NCBI GenBank assembly: GCA_039030515.1
Contig: JBCCEA010000002.1
Coordinates: forward strand, 64,001-128,000
Length of the DNA stretch: 64,000 nucleotides
From: Myxococcota bacterium
GTDB taxonomy: Bacteria; Myxococcota_A; Polyangia; Polyangiales; Houyiibacteriaceae
Direction of reading: 5' to 3'
Both the position numbers and the translations under genes were made by a program. The notes under the pieces are model-generated. The model saw nothing but the letters and a program-made list of their open reading frames with translations. It was not told the origin of the DNA and searched no databases. Positions 7,918 through 17,758 of the stretch are shown one piece after another (position 1 is the first letter of the stretch; every line of letters begins with the position of its first letter).

Positions 7918-10527
7918 CTATCGGTGTTCGATGAGAGCGTATCGCTTGAGTCTTAGCGCGCCTCTCGGACAGGACGTTCCCTCCGAAGCGCTGCAGGAGC
8001 GGTAGAAGAAGGCTTCCTCGCCGCGAAGTACGACCCCATCGTAACGCTCCGCAAGAAGACGCCGCGACACAACCTCACCGTCAAATCGAGACCAGATCAT
8101 GAGGTCGTCCCTACACGCAAGAGCGTGCACCTCACCCCGATGCTGCTGAAGCCCGAGACCGGGACGGGCGACACCGGGAGGGAAGCCTGCGTCTTGGGCA
8201 GAGCCGGAGCAGGCGCTGCCGAGGTCGAGACCACGACGGGTGATCCCGTTTTCAGCATCGATGAACAGCAGACGATCGCTAGATTTGGTTTCTGAATTGC
8301 CGGTCCCGCGAGCAGCGGACTGAACCCGCACCAGCACACTGTCGCCAAGGATGTGAACGGCGGTTAGGGAGAGCGCCGGCTGCTCTGGGGCTGCAGTCGA
8401 TAGAGACTTATCCCTTTGAGCATGAGTGACCTCCCGGAGCCAGGTCGCTTGTTCTTGATCGAGTGCGAGTACGAAAGGCTGATTCGACTCCACTCGATAT
8501 CGCTTGGCCGAAACTTCAAAAGTTGCATGGACCTGCCCCGCGAGAAACCAGCGATCGTTCGCGCTTGCAAAGTGCAGCGACCGGAGCTCCTGCGCCTGCA
8601 GGTTCGATACCGGAACCTGAGTCTGCCGCCGCACGCGGCCTTGGCGATCGAAACGCTGCAGGCTCAACTTGTGGGTGGCGGCAGGAGACTCCGAGATCGA
8701 CGACTCTGAGGCGAAGGGCGTCAAGGACAGGGCGACGACGTGATCGCCTTCCGCGTGCACGGCGACAAAGTCTCCCGGAATCGCAAAAAGCGCTTGTCCG
8801 CTCAGATCATAAGCTGCGAGTAGCCCTCCTCCGATACGGGAATCGATCGAACGTCCGGCGACGGTCACTTCAGCCTGCTCCACCCGAAGCACCTCGGCCA
8901 CCCATCCTTGCGAGGCACTCAGGCCGTTTGGTGCGGGCACAGAAACGCCACTGCTCACCCGAGTCCAGGCAATTCCCTGCTCGGGCGTCCATGCCGAAAT
9001 GAACGCTGCGGGCCGCGCACGCGCTGACGCGCCTGATCCGGTGAGCTCCGCACCTGGATGCCGACCGCCAAAAACTATCGGCTGTTCTTTCGCGCCCGTG
9101 CCAAGGGTAAGGTCGCCATCGCGATCCCAGAGCACGGGCCAGGCAACATGCGATACGTCTTCAGAACCCACGGAAGGGACACGAACTGCAAGCAACTGAT
9201 TCGGGCCCGCGCCACCTTCCCGGTATCCACCTATGCGAGGCGGATATGCAGCGAAAGCAAGCCCGTAGGGAAACGTTCCGACATGGGAAAGCCTCGGTCC
9301 AGGCAGGACGCGAGCGTCGCTTGAACCTCGGCGAGGCTCTGGAACCCGGCGATCTGAAGACGCCCACGCTTCCTCGGTCGCCATAGGGGAGGTCGCAGAA
9401 ATACTGGACACATGGGTTGCTGCCTCCTCGGTCAAGGAGCGCGGATCTAGGGCAAGGGCCAGCCCGACGCCGGAAACCACCGCAGCGAGCAAACCAGCGC
9501 TCACCCATCGGAGCGGAGGGCGAGGCGGCGGTCTGGAAAACGCGATGGGACGTAGCGATGAAAATACTCCGTCGGCACGGTCCGTAGCGGCGAACGCTGG
9601 ACGTATCGAAGAGGCGTGTGGATGCGGCGCTGCGGCATGTCGGAGCACAAAGCGAAGAGATTCGAGCGCTTCCTCTACGCTCGAAAAACGTGCCGAGGGG
9701 CTGCGCTGCACACACTGGAAAAACCAATCGTCGAACGCCTCGGTTTCGACGACAGGAGACGGGCGAAGTGAAGAAAAACGCGCGGTGTGGATTCGTTTCG
9801 AGGGAGGCTCGAGAGCCGTTTCATGCGTCTCGTTCATGATTTGGAAACGCAGGGCATCCTCGGAAGTGCACCAGTAGGACCGGCCGGTAAGCACAAAAAA
9901 GGCGAGCAGGCCAAAGGACCAAATATCGGTTTCGATGCCTGGCTGGGTGCGGTCATCGTTTAGTTCCGGAGCAAGCCAGAGCGGATTGCGGTACCGGTGA
10001 AGCGGAGCACCAGACATTCGAAACCACTCCGCAATCCCAAAGCCGAGCACATGCAGGGACGGCGGTTTCGAATCGAGTCGTGGTGAGAGCAGGAGCTTGG
10101 TAGGTCGGAGGTCCTCGTGTAGCTTTCCGCGATCGTGGGCATACGACAGCGCCTCTGCGACCATTCCCATGATCCAAAGGGTCTGCTCCACGGTACACGG
10201 CCCGTCGCGCTCCACCTGCTGCGCCAAAGTCTCTCCCGTGAGCCACTCGATCGCGGTCCACGGTATGCCGGTGACGCCGTCGACCCCAGAGGCGATCATC
10301 TCCGGTCGATGGGGTCCGAAACGTGCCATGGTAAGCGCTTGTTCCATCCGCTCGGGGGAGGTCCGCGCCTCGGTGAGTTCGGGATGAAAAAGCGTAAGCG
10401 CGGTGTACCGATGGTCGGAGTGGGTGTAGGCGAGGTAGAGAGAGCTCAGCGCACTGGATTTCACGAGACGCAAAATCCTAAAATCGTTGGCAAAAAGGGA
10501 GCCTCTCGATAGAGACAGAATAGCCAT
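7918..10527 (-). CDS. Hanks-type Ser/Thr pseudokinase with a TM helix and an extracytoplasmic beta-rich domain
   Basis: Kinase fold motifs WLAPE and DIWSFGL kept; catalytic motifs degenerate (TALTL, HEDLRPTK, GFG); TM segment WVSAGLLAAVVSGVGLALAL. Confidence 0.8.
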   Translation of the reverse strand: MAILSLSRGSLFANDFRILRLVKSSALSSLYLAYTHSDHRYTALTLFHPELTEARTSPERMEQALTMARFGPHRPEMIASGVDGVTGIPWTAIEWLTGETLAQQVERDGPCTVEQTLWIMGMVAEALSYAHDRGKLHEDLRPTKLLLSPRLDSKPPSLHVLGFGIAEWFRMSGAPLHRYRNPLWLAPELNDDRTQPGIETDIWSFGLLAFFVLTGRSYWCTSEDALRFQIMNETHETALEPPSKRIHTARFSSLRPSPVVETEAFDDWFFQCVQRSPSARFSSVEEALESLRFVLRHAAAPHPHASSIRPAFAATDRADGVFSSLRPIAFSRPPPRPPLRWVSAGLLAAVVSGVGLALALDPRSLTEEAATHVSSISATSPMATEEAWASSDRRVPEPRRGSSDARVLPGPRLSHVGTFPYGLAFAAYPPRIGGYREGGAGPNQLLAVRVPSVGSEDVSHVAWPVLWDRDGDLTLGTGAKEQPIVFGGRHPGAELTGSGASARARPAAFISAWTPEQGIAWTRVSSGVSVPAPNGLSASQGWVAEVLRVEQAEVTVAGRSIDSRIGGGLLAAYDLSGQALFAIPGDFVAVHAEGDHVVALSLTPFASESSISESPAATHKLSLQRFDRQGRVRRQTQVPVSNLQAQELRSLHFASANDRWFLAGQVHATFEVSAKRYRVESNQPFVLALDQEQATWLREVTHAQRDKSLSTAAPEQPALSLTAVHILGDSVLVRVQSAARGTGNSETKSSDRLLFIDAENGITRRGLDLGSACSGSAQDAGFPPGVARPGLGLQQHRGEVHALACRDDLMIWSRFDGEVVSRRLLAERYDGVVLRGEEAFFYRSCSASEGTSCPRGALRLKRYALIEHR

Positions 10528-10688
10528 TCTGGTAAGAGTGTAGCGGACTTGAGGCCAGGATGAGAGTCTCGAGCGTCATTTTCACGACTCAGGCGACGTG
10601 AAACTACGTGCGCGCACCGCCCACCGAACGCAAAGGCTGTTTAAGGTGATATGCCAGTGTTCAAACCGATGACAGCGAACCACAGCCG

Positions 10689-11786
10689 ATGAAGATCTAC
10701 CCGAGGCGGTCACCATGGACCCTTGTCGCACCGTGCGGTCGTCTTTCTGGGTCCATTAGGGCAGCATGGCTCGGGATCCTGCTACTAGCCTTCGGCTGCG
10801 AGGACCTGCCTGAAACCCGCTTTGAAGACCGGCCATTGTCCATGGCGGACTCCGTAGAAGAGGTTGTTCGCCCAATTCGCCTTGTCGGGCCCCTGACCGC
10901 AGCTGATGCAGAACTTTCGGGCCTCGCCTGGTACGACGATGCTCTGGTGCTCCTGCCCCAATATCCCCAAAAGCTGGGAGGGCATCTCTTCAGCGTTGCT
11001 AAGTCCGAGCTCGAACGCGCAGTGCGCGGGGAGGTCACGCACGTCTCGCCAACGCCGATTCCGCTCGAAATGCCTCGGGAGCTACCTCAGATCCCTGGGT
11101 ACGAAGGCTTTGAAGCGATCGCGTTCCGAGGTCGCGACGTCTACCTCCTGGTCGAGTCTGAGGTGGGAGGGACCACCGCAGGACATCTGATGCGGGGTCG
11201 CGTTGAATCGGACGAAGCAGGTCTTGCGATCCACATCGATCGCTATCCTTGGATCAAGCTCGAACCGCAGAGCTCTATCGGCAATCTGGCCTACGAGGCG
11301 ATGGTGGTAAGCGGGGACGGGGTCTTCGTATTCTATGAAGAAAATGGGCAGAACAACCCGGACCCGCGGGCGCTCGTATTTGACCACCAGCTACGTCTGC
11401 GAAAGCCCGTCACCATGGAGCGCCTTGAATATCGATTGACCGACGCAACCTCGATCGACAGCGGCAAACGATTTTGGACCACCAACTTCTACTGGGAAGG
11501 AGCGCATTGGAAGCCGGGCCCTTGCAGACTCCAAATGCGGCACGGGACTGGCGCGAGCCATCGAGCACGTGAGACCGTGGAACGCTTGGTAGAGTTGCAG
11601 GTCGACGCCTCTTCGATAGCTCCCTCGGGACGCGCTCCCATACTGCTGCAGCTCGAGAAGCACTCGCGCAATTGGGAAGGCATCGCGCGCCTCGGAGCCG
11701 GATTTCTGCTCGTGACCGATGAGCACCCTACCTCGCTCCTGGGCTACGTAGAACCGTCAACCGAGACGCAAACCTCGCAGAACTAA
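10689..11786 (+). CDS. Lipoprotein, probable beta-propeller (phytase-like / SdiA-regulated-type blades)
   Basis: LAFGC lipobox; repeated ELSGL, FEAIA, YEAMV, WEGIA..LVTD motifs. Confidence 0.6.
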   Translation: MKIYPRRSPWTLVAPCGRLSGSIRAAWLGILLLAFGCEDLPETRFEDRPLSMADSVEEVVRPIRLVGPLTAADAELSGLAWYDDALVLLPQYPQKLGGHLFSVAKSELERAVRGEVTHVSPTPIPLEMPRELPQIPGYEGFEAIAFRGRDVYLLVESEVGGTTAGHLMRGRVESDEAGLAIHIDRYPWIKLEPQSSIGNLAYEAMVVSGDGVFVFYEENGQNNPDPRALVFDHQLRLRKPVTMERLEYRLTDATSIDSGKRFWTTNFYWEGAHWKPGPCRLQMRHGTGASHRARETVERLVELQVDASSIAPSGRAPILLQLEKHSRNWEGIARLGAGFLLVTDEHPTSLLGYVEPSTETQTSQN

Positions 11787-12754
11787 CGCACGACGAGGAC
11801 GGGCATCGAAGTCGTCCGAAGGAGGCGCTCCACAGTGCTGCCGAGGATTCTTCCGCCGAGGGTCCCATGGTTTTGATTCGCGCTGCGTCCTTCGGAGCCT
11901 AACACCAGCACAGTCGCCTCTTCTTCCTCAGCCGCATCCAAAAGCTCTTGGTCCACACGCTTGCGCGCGGCGCGAACGTGAATACGGGTCTGGACGCCAC
12001 CTATCTCTTTTTGAAGCGAGGCGAGCTCCTGGTTCGCCAAAAGATGGCTCGAGTCCTGCAGAGCTTTTTGCCACCCCTGCGGGTCTTCTGCGTCCGACTC
12101 GTCCCCGGCCGCCACCGTCACATGCGTCAGCACCAAAGAGCCCTGCACCCGCTCCGCAAGCGACCGGGCGACAGCAACAGCGTCGAGTGACGCTTCAGAG
12201 AAATCAACCGCGACGAGAAAACGAAAATGAGGCGGCAACTCTTTAGCTGGAGGCACCACTTTAGTTGGAGGCACCACCCACACCGGGGACGAGACGTGCC
12301 GCACGAGCCGGTCTGCTGTCGTTCCTAAGATCCGGCTCCGAACCGCCGCGATCCTCTCGTCGAGCGGCGGGGCCTCGTGGGTTCCGACCATCACCATATC
12401 GAACTCGTGAAGGGTGGCGTGCTCCAGGATGGCTTGCCAGGGTCGACCCTCAAGGAGTGCTGAGGTCGCATTCATTTCGGCTTGCTCGCAATCCTTGCGC
12501 GCCGACTCTAAGCGCTCTGCCGCGCGATCCAGTCGCGCCCTGAGTCGCGCTTGAAGCTGCTCAACATGAGGTTTCACTCTGGAGTCCGCGCCCTCCCAAA
12601 CAGGCTCGTACCCCGTCATGTCGGTGACGTGGACCAATTCGAGGTCCGCGTTGAGGGGCTTTGCCAAGGTCTTGGCGAAAGCGATCGGGGCAGTGGAGGC
12701 TTCGGTAAGCTCTGTGGCCACCAAAATGCGCTCTTTACGGCGTACGTCGTGCAT
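11783..12754 (-). CDS. Universal stress protein, tandem USP domains
   Basis: Two USP units: ILVATEL...LGTTADRLVR..PVWVV and LVAVDFS...LGSTVERLLR..PVLVV; AGGAGG RBS. Confidence 0.92.
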   Translation of the reverse strand: MHDVRRKERILVATELTEASTAPIAFAKTLAKPLNADLELVHVTDMTGYEPVWEGADSRVKPHVEQLQARLRARLDRAAERLESARKDCEQAEMNATSALLEGRPWQAILEHATLHEFDMVMVGTHEAPPLDERIAAVRSRILGTTADRLVRHVSSPVWVVPPTKVVPPAKELPPHFRFLVAVDFSEASLDAVAVARSLAERVQGSLVLTHVTVAAGDESDAEDPQGWQKALQDSSHLLANQELASLQKEIGGVQTRIHVRAARKRVDQELLDAAEEEEATVLVLGSEGRSANQNHGTLGGRILGSTVERLLRTTSMPVLVVR

Positions 12755-12786
12755 GTGTCTGCCTCCTTCGAGGTTCCGCTTAGCGA

Positions 12787-12803
12787 AGCAGCAGATGTGC
12801 CAA
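12787..12803 (-). promoter_or_regulatory. Putative sigma54 -24/-12 promoter of the USP gene
   Basis: Minus strand TTGGCACATCTGCTGCT (GG-N10-GC), about 33 bp upstream of the ATG. Confidence 0.6.
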
Positions 12804-12891
12804 GCCTGGATTGTTGGTGTTTGAGGCCCGGTACTCGAAAGAGCGATGCGCCGGCCGTTCGGTCGGCTGCCTGGTCGATTGGCGAGCGGGC

Positions 12892-14571
12892 TTAGGTGTC
12901 CTCAAAAATATCGAGGACCCGCCCGACATGGCCTTGCGATCCGTCACCGCTCTGCCCGGCCGATGCTCCGAGAGCTGGGCGAATGATCTCTAGGGGGGTA
13001 TCATCGGTAACGGAACTTCCTGCTCCGCCCACAAACACGCCGATGCTCGGACCTCCACTGCCGCCGCCGCCGCCGCCGCCGGAGCCTCCCATGCCTCCGG
13101 AGCCTCCTTGAGCCGATGCGTCCAGCTCTGAAAAGCCGTTCATGCCATCACTGCAATTCGCGAGGGCCATGTCTTCGGAACCCGGGTCGCCACCACGGCC
13201 CCCAGCCCCGCCAGAGCCACCGAGACTGCCGTCACCACCGGTGCCGCCTTCGGAGGTGACGATGGTCACGCCCGATAGAGTGACCTCGGAAGACCAAATC
13301 CAGAGTCCGACCGATGCGCCCCCGCTTTGTCCTCCCTCGCCTCCGGGGCCGCCACAGCCGCCGCTGCCGCCGCCTCCGCCCTCGGGGGGCCGGAACGTGC
13401 ATCCGCCGCAGGTAAGACTCAGCGAAGATCCGCCCCCGCCTCCGCCGCCTCCGCCGCCTCCCTCGCTTCCGGTGCCGCCCACGCTCGCCACGTAGCCCGC
13501 CTCTGAAAACGTACCAAAAAACGGGGCGATCTCTCCTACCGCTCCGTTCACTCCGGGAGCGCCGTGACCGCCGGCGTGCGGCGAAAATCCGATAACTGTC
13601 GAGTTGGATCCTGCGGATCCGCCGTTCGAGATACAGCTCCCCGATTCGCTCCCGCCGTCGCCCGGCGCCGGATCGTTCCCCGCGACGCTACCCGTGGGCC
13701 ATCCTTCAGTGCCGCCAAGGCCTCCCTGGCCACAAACGTCGCAGCTAGTTCCGCCGAACGCAGGATCAAAGGAGACCGACGATTCGTCCTCAAGTGTCGA
13801 AAGGCAACTATCCGTATTGGCCACCGAGTTGAGTACCGCGTCGTCGCCGTCTTCACCGTCTACGCCATTTTGTCCTGCGGGGGGCTGCTCGCCATTCGCG
13901 CCGTCACCACCCCGGCCGCTCTCGAGTCGAACGTTCTGCAAGAGAACTCCCCGCGAGTCCACAACTCGGGCCGCCACGCTGCTGCCCCCGGGAACCGCCG
14001 AGTCGACAGCGACAAAGCGAATGCGATCGATGACCGTTGGCGAATCGATCGACTGCGCCAGCAGGAGCGGGCCCTCTCCCTGCAAGACGGTGTAAGTAGA
14101 GGGACTGCGTCGCCAACCCTCGCTCGGCAGGTAGCCACCGTATACGCCAACACCATCCCGCAGCTCCAGAACCTCGCCCGAGTGCTCCCCCGCCGGAACC
14201 CAAACCTGGCTTCGTCCCCTCAAACTGGCCGCTTCCACGGCTTCCGAGAGGGTGCTAGCGGAGATCGCACCGGTTATGGGTACAGGCGTTTCAGAGACCA
14301 ACACCGCGTGAACTAGCGATCCGTCGAAGCCATCGCAGTCGCTGTCTTCTTGGTCCGAATCGGGCAGGTCGATGCCCGGCAGTGCGAAGCACTCTTCGTC
14401 TGGGCCCGCATCGCCACTCGAACCATCGGAGTCACTCGAACCATCGAAAGACCCATCCACATCACCGGCGTCCTGCGCTTGAGAAGAGCTAGACGACGTG
14501 CTGTCGCAGCCAAAGAGACCGGCGATGAGGAGCCACGCTGCATAAACAGGCAGTTTTGATGGGAAGCCCAT
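12892..14571 (-). CDS. Gly-rich PGRS-like surface lipoprotein
   Basis: Start re-assigned to MGFPSK (14571) with LFGC lipobox; DSDCDGFDG motif; long GGxGG repeats including GGGGGSGGCGG. Confidence 0.75.
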   Translation of the reverse strand: MGFPSKLPVYAAWLLIAGLFGCDSTSSSSSQAQDAGDVDGSFDGSSDSDGSSGDAGPDEECFALPGIDLPDSDQEDSDCDGFDGSLVHAVLVSETPVPITGAISASTLSEAVEAASLRGRSQVWVPAGEHSGEVLELRDGVGVYGGYLPSEGWRRSPSTYTVLQGEGPLLLAQSIDSPTVIDRIRFVAVDSAVPGGSSVAARVVDSRGVLLQNVRLESGRGGDGANGEQPPAGQNGVDGEDGDDAVLNSVANTDSCLSTLEDESSVSFDPAFGGTSCDVCGQGGLGGTEGWPTGSVAGNDPAPGDGGSESGSCISNGGSAGSNSTVIGFSPHAGGHGAPGVNGAVGEIAPFFGTFSEAGYVASVGGTGSEGGGGGGGGGGGSSLSLTCGGCTFRPPEGGGGGSGGCGGPGGEGGQSGGASVGLWIWSSEVTLSGVTIVTSEGGTGGDGSLGGSGGAGGRGGDPGSEDMALANCSDGMNGFSELDASAQGGSGGMGGSGGGGGGGSGGPSIGVFVGGAGSSVTDDTPLEIIRPALGASAGQSGDGSQGHVGRVLDIFEDT

Positions 14572-14885
14572 ACAGCTTGGTCCACCCCTAGGGTGGTTTG
14601 AACGCGATTTGGAGCGTTCGCTGCTTCGCACTTTATGCTGGGTGAGATGGATCCAGTAGGCCACGTCCTGTTTTAAGGCACATTGGTCGCTCGGCAACCG
14701 ATCTCAGGATCTACCGGAGAGAGTAGACCCCCGCGCGCACCCCACTTTGCTGGATCTCGATGGGCAGGACTCGTTGGACCACGCTCCGGCGGGGGCACGA
14801 TTCGCGGGCTCGTTTTTACCTCACGGACCAAGATTTTAATATCGTAGTCTGGCAAGGTTCAGGAGCTAGACGGATCGCTGAGCTT

Positions 14886-15986
14886 ATGGAACTCGAAAAC
14901 AGGGCTGGAGTCCTCATACTGCTCGTGATGGCGGTCGGATGCTCCGCAGCACAAACCGCTCCACTTGTGCCGCGCAGACCTACGCTACCCGAGGTATCAC
15001 AGCGGAGACTCAACCGAGTGCACGCAGACGCACCCGAACTCGCTGACGCCATCCTAGACGTGCGACGGGCTGCAGAAGATGCCGCCGACGCGGAAAACGT
15101 CCCCCTGGCCGAGCGGCTAAGGCGCCTTTCGGAATTGACCCTCATGGCTGCCGCTGAATGGTTGGCACGTCTGGAGAATGCAGAACTGAGAGCCACCGAG
15201 TTCGCCTCGAGGGAACACTCTCATCCCGAACTCGGAATCCGTGAAACCGAAATCGAAGCCGCCGCAGAAACCCGGCCGAGCGCGATCCGGAGACCTCAAA
15301 CCTCCACCGCGAACGTCGACCCCTCTGGGATGAGTCTTGCGGTGGACGCCGATCCGTCGAGTGCTGAAGGGCGTGAGGATGCCCGCAAAGACGCGCTGTC
15401 AGAGCTCCTCGCAGAGCTGGCCACCAAACTCTCTGAAATCGAACCGGATGACGAGAACCGAGCGCAGCTGGAAGGGATCCAGACCCGCCTCATCGATGCC
15501 GATCGAGCTCGAGCTTCCGGCGATAGAGATCTCGCAGATCAGCTCGCTCAGGAGGCAAAGCAGCTACTCGAGGCGCTGGTCGGCGACGGGCGCCAAGCCG
15601 TTCAGACGGATGGTACGCCCTCGGAGTCCCTGGTTGCGGAAGCACAGCGGAGACTGCCGGGCCAGGCCAACATCGTCGGCTCGACGGTCGTCGTCCGGCT
15701 CGAGGCTGCCGTGCAGTGGAATCAGAACCGCTGGAAAACGCGAGCAACCCAAGCGGTGGAGTCGCTCGGCACGGTAGTCCGGGCGCATCCCAGGGCCCGA
15801 CTCAGTTTGATCACTTCCGGATCGCCGACCAGCGAGGCCTTTGGAACCGAAAAGGCCTCGCTTCAACGTTACCTAGCTCGGCGTCTCGGTATCGAATCCT
15901 CGAGAATTCGCTGGATGCCGTCATCCCTATCGATACCGCGAGGTACGTATCTGTTGATCCATGAGGAAGCCGAACCGCAGCCTTGA
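14886..15986 (+). CDS. Lipoprotein with a helical N-terminus and a degenerate OmpA-like C-terminal domain; first gene of the PGA operon
   Basis: MELENRAGVLILLVMAVGC lipobox; C-terminal VVVRLE..LGIESSRI pattern resembles OmpA_C; its stop overlaps the pgsB start (TTGA). Confidence 0.55.
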   Translation: MELENRAGVLILLVMAVGCSAAQTAPLVPRRPTLPEVSQRRLNRVHADAPELADAILDVRRAAEDAADAENVPLAERLRRLSELTLMAAAEWLARLENAELRATEFASREHSHPELGIRETEIEAAAETRPSAIRRPQTSTANVDPSGMSLAVDADPSSAEGREDARKDALSELLAELATKLSEIEPDDENRAQLEGIQTRLIDADRARASGDRDLADQLAQEAKQLLEALVGDGRQAVQTDGTPSESLVAEAQRRLPGQANIVGSTVVVRLEAAVQWNQNRWKTRATQAVESLGTVVRAHPRARLSLITSGSPTSEAFGTEKASLQRYLARRLGIESSRIRWMPSSLSIPRGTYLLIHEEAEPQP

Positions 15987-17263
15987 CCTTTGACGCTGAA
16001 ATTCTGACCGCTTTGGTCTGCATCGTAGTCCTTTGGCTTTTGGTGGAGGTGGTGAGACATCGGCGCGCGCTCGCGCAGGTTCCGGTGCGGGTACACGTCA
16101 ACGGGACCCGAGGTAAAAGTAGCGTAGCGCGTCTCATCGCCGCTGGACTGAGAGCGGGAAAGCAGCGAGTTCTCGCGAAAACCACGGGAACTTTGGCGCG
16201 GGTCATCCTGCCCAATGAACGCGAGTTGAGCATCTTCCGGCCACTCGGCGCAAATGTGCGGGAGCAAATTCGCATCGTGCGATTCTCGGCAGAGCAAAAA
16301 GTCGATGTCCTCGTGGTGGAATGCATGGCGCTCCAGCCCATGCTGCAGTGGCTCAGCGAGCAGATGTTTGTGCGCGCAACCCACGGAGTGATCACCAATG
16401 CCCGACCCGACCACTTGGACGTGATGGGGCCAGGCGGTCTTGACGTTGCCAAAGCACTCGCAGGCATGATGCCTCGGGGGGCAAAATGCTTTACGGCCGA
16501 GCAGGAGCACCTTGCGGTGTTTGAACATGCAGCAAAAGACCGCGGAACCAAACTAGAGGCAGTCGGTGAAGAGGAAGTACACCTGCTTACGGCTGAGATG
16601 ATGGCCGGTTTCTCTCATTACGAGCACCGAGACAATGTCGCGTTGGCGCTCAGAGTTTGCGAGGACCTGGGAGTGGATCGACAGCTAGCGCTCGAGGGAA
16701 TGCAGTCGATGCGACCCGATCCAGGCGCGCTTACCTTTCATCCGGTCGACTTCTTCGGACGAGAGATCCTCTTTGTCAACGCGTTTGCGGCCAATGATCC
16801 GGTGTCGAGTAAGCAAATCTGGGAACTTTGCTTGAAGCGATACCCCACACATCGGCGGGTCTGTCTATTTAACTGCCGTGCCGATCGGATCGATCGTTCA
16901 AGGCAACTCGGCGAGGCACTGCAAGAGTGGACCTGCCCCGATCGCGTCGTGGCCGTAGGGAGCGGTACGGTGTTCCTGGCGCGTTCGATCCCCGCGTCTT
17001 TTGATATGAACCGCTTCACCGCAGTCGAAAGCGGGGACCCCCGAGACGTCTTTGAACAGCTCATCGAAGAATGCGGCGAGCGCACTTTGATCGTTGGGCT
17101 TGGAAACATCGGGGGCCTCGGTCTGAGCCTAGTCCGGCTCTTTCGAAACCGCGCTGCGCCAGCGACGCAGCACATGAACACGGAACGAAACGTCAGAGGC
17201 GAGAACCTGCAGAAAAAAGAGCAAGGTTCGACTGTCTCAACACAGAAGCCAGGGCAAAGCTGA
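15983..17263 (+). CDS. pgsB: Poly-gamma-glutamate synthase PgsB/CapB
   Basis: HVNGTRGKSS, AKTTGT, VVECMALQP, ITNARPDHLDVMG, FAANDP, CRADR, GLGNIGG. Confidence 0.95.
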   Translation: MTFDAEILTALVCIVVLWLLVEVVRHRRALAQVPVRVHVNGTRGKSSVARLIAAGLRAGKQRVLAKTTGTLARVILPNERELSIFRPLGANVREQIRIVRFSAEQKVDVLVVECMALQPMLQWLSEQMFVRATHGVITNARPDHLDVMGPGGLDVAKALAGMMPRGAKCFTAEQEHLAVFEHAAKDRGTKLEAVGEEEVHLLTAEMMAGFSHYEHRDNVALALRVCEDLGVDRQLALEGMQSMRPDPGALTFHPVDFFGREILFVNAFAANDPVSSKQIWELCLKRYPTHRRVCLFNCRADRIDRSRQLGEALQEWTCPDRVVAVGSGTVFLARSIPASFDMNRFTAVESGDPRDVFEQLIEECGERTLIVGLGNIGGLGLSLVRLFRNRAAPATQHMNTERNVRGENLQKKEQGSTVSTQKPGQS

Positions 17264-17275
17264 GGGGAGTGCTAG

Positions 17276-17758
17276 GTGATCGGTCCAGACCTCATCATCA
17301 TTTCGATCGCGATCGGGATCGTCGTCAGTTTCCTATTTTCGGAGGTGTATGGCGTAGCCGCCGGAGGGGTTGTCGTTCCTGGCTACGTCGCACTCTATCT
17401 CGATCGCCCCTACCCTCTGGTCGTTACAATTGTCATTTCGATCGCAAGTTTTTTGATCACCAAAGTCGCGTCTCAGTTTCTCATCGTGTACGGACGTCGA
17501 AAAACCGCACTTCATATCCTCATCGCGTTCGCCCTGGGAGCTTGGTGTTCCAGGTTGGAGTTTCTGCCGACGATCTTCGCGCTCGACCCTCAGGAAACCC
17601 CGGTCATCGGCTACATCATTCCCGGACTCATCGCGATTTGGTTTGATCGGCAGGGCGTGGTGCTCACTACGGCATCGCTCACCATCGCCTCCGTGGTAGT
17701 GCGTCTGATTCTACTACTGCTAGTGGGTCCGATCTCAAGCCACGCCGCGGGAACCTGA
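17276..17758 (+). CDS. pgsC: Poly-gamma-glutamate biosynthesis protein PgsC/CapC
   Basis: Hydrophobic 160 aa; AGGVVVPGYVAL, YGRR, IGYIIPGLIA. Confidence 0.95.
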   Translation: MIGPDLIIISIAIGIVVSFLFSEVYGVAAGGVVVPGYVALYLDRPYPLVVTIVISIASFLITKVASQFLIVYGRRKTALHILIAFALGAWCSRLEFLPTIFALDPQETPVIGYIIPGLIAIWFDRQGVVLTTASLTIASVVVRLILLLLVGPISSHAAGT

